Shown: positions 63,645 through 64,000 of the stretch, in pieces | Layout of the letters: each line of letters opens with the position of its first letter | Position numbering within the stretch: the first letter of the stretch is position 1 | Source: Octopus sinensis | Taxonomy: Eukaryota | DNA length: 64,000 nt | Assembly: GCF_006345805.1 (NCBI RefSeq) | Contig: NC_043021.1 | Location: 21,266,001 to 21,330,000 of the forward strand | Reading direction: 5' to 3' | Program-made: the position numbers and the translations under genes | Notes under the pieces: model-generated | Seen by the model: the letters and a program-made list of their open reading frames with translations, nothing else | The model's database searches: none | Told to the model about the DNA's origin: nothing

Positions 63645-63821
63645 GTTATCTTTTTTTTTTTCTTCTTTCAAATTTGCTTCCATTTCTTGCCGAGTGTCTT
63701 CCCGACTCCTAGGGCAAAGAAACTCATAGTATACATTGGTAGGCCATTAAACTAAACTCACTAGTTCGTTCATTTTTTTTTTTTTTAAGTTAAATTAATA
63801 TACATGGGTAGTAATAGTTCT
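63238..63821. repeat. Direct duplication of a ~165-bp block (63238-63408 and 63659-63821) with a decayed SINE between
   Basis: ttcttctttcaaatttgcttcc...ccgactcctagggcaaag...atacatgggtagtaatagttct twice, offset ~421 bp. Confidence 0.9.
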
Positions 63822-64000
63822 CATATCAACAATGCTCTTCTCAATACGTGTGATGTACCAGTTAAGACAATCTTTTGCACTTCTTGCAGGGATGGTAAGC
63901 CAGGGATCATTCTCATATATTATTATTATTATTATTATTATCATTATTATTATCATTCTCATATATTATTATTATTATTATTATTCAGTAGTTTTATTTT

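Overview
AT-rich, repeat-saturated eukaryotic DNA. The repeat repertoire (tRNA-headed SINEs resembling the octopus OK/OR1/OR2 families, RTE LINE remnants, very dense microsatellites) points to an octopus/coleoid cephalopod intronic or intergenic region; this is inference, not a database result. I found no intact protein-coding gene, intact tRNA/rRNA or CRISPR array. Nearly all ORFs in the supplied track are translations of microsatellites or SINEs. What can be supported: about 18 copies of a ~400 bp SINE with an internal microsatellite, three other SINE families, decayed LINE fragments (RTE x2 families, CR1/L2 x2, HERO-like, R4/Dong-like, Jockey/I-like, possibly L1/Tx1), mariner and Tc1 relics, hAT, piggyBac-type and Helitron-type non-autonomous elements with TIRs (TSDs visible for the hAT and piggyBac types), several nested insertions and local duplications. 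The most interesting signals are (i) a minimal type-I hammerhead-ribozyme fold in Penelope-like terminal repeats (3 copies), (ii) a transition-decayed initiator tRNA-Met pseudogene, (iii) a GC/CpG-rich RTE 3' end with an unbroken C2H2 zinc-finger frame not shown in the ORF track, and (iv) a probable SINE/LINE tail-sharing pair. A few splice-site-flanked micro-exon candidates are listed at low confidence only.
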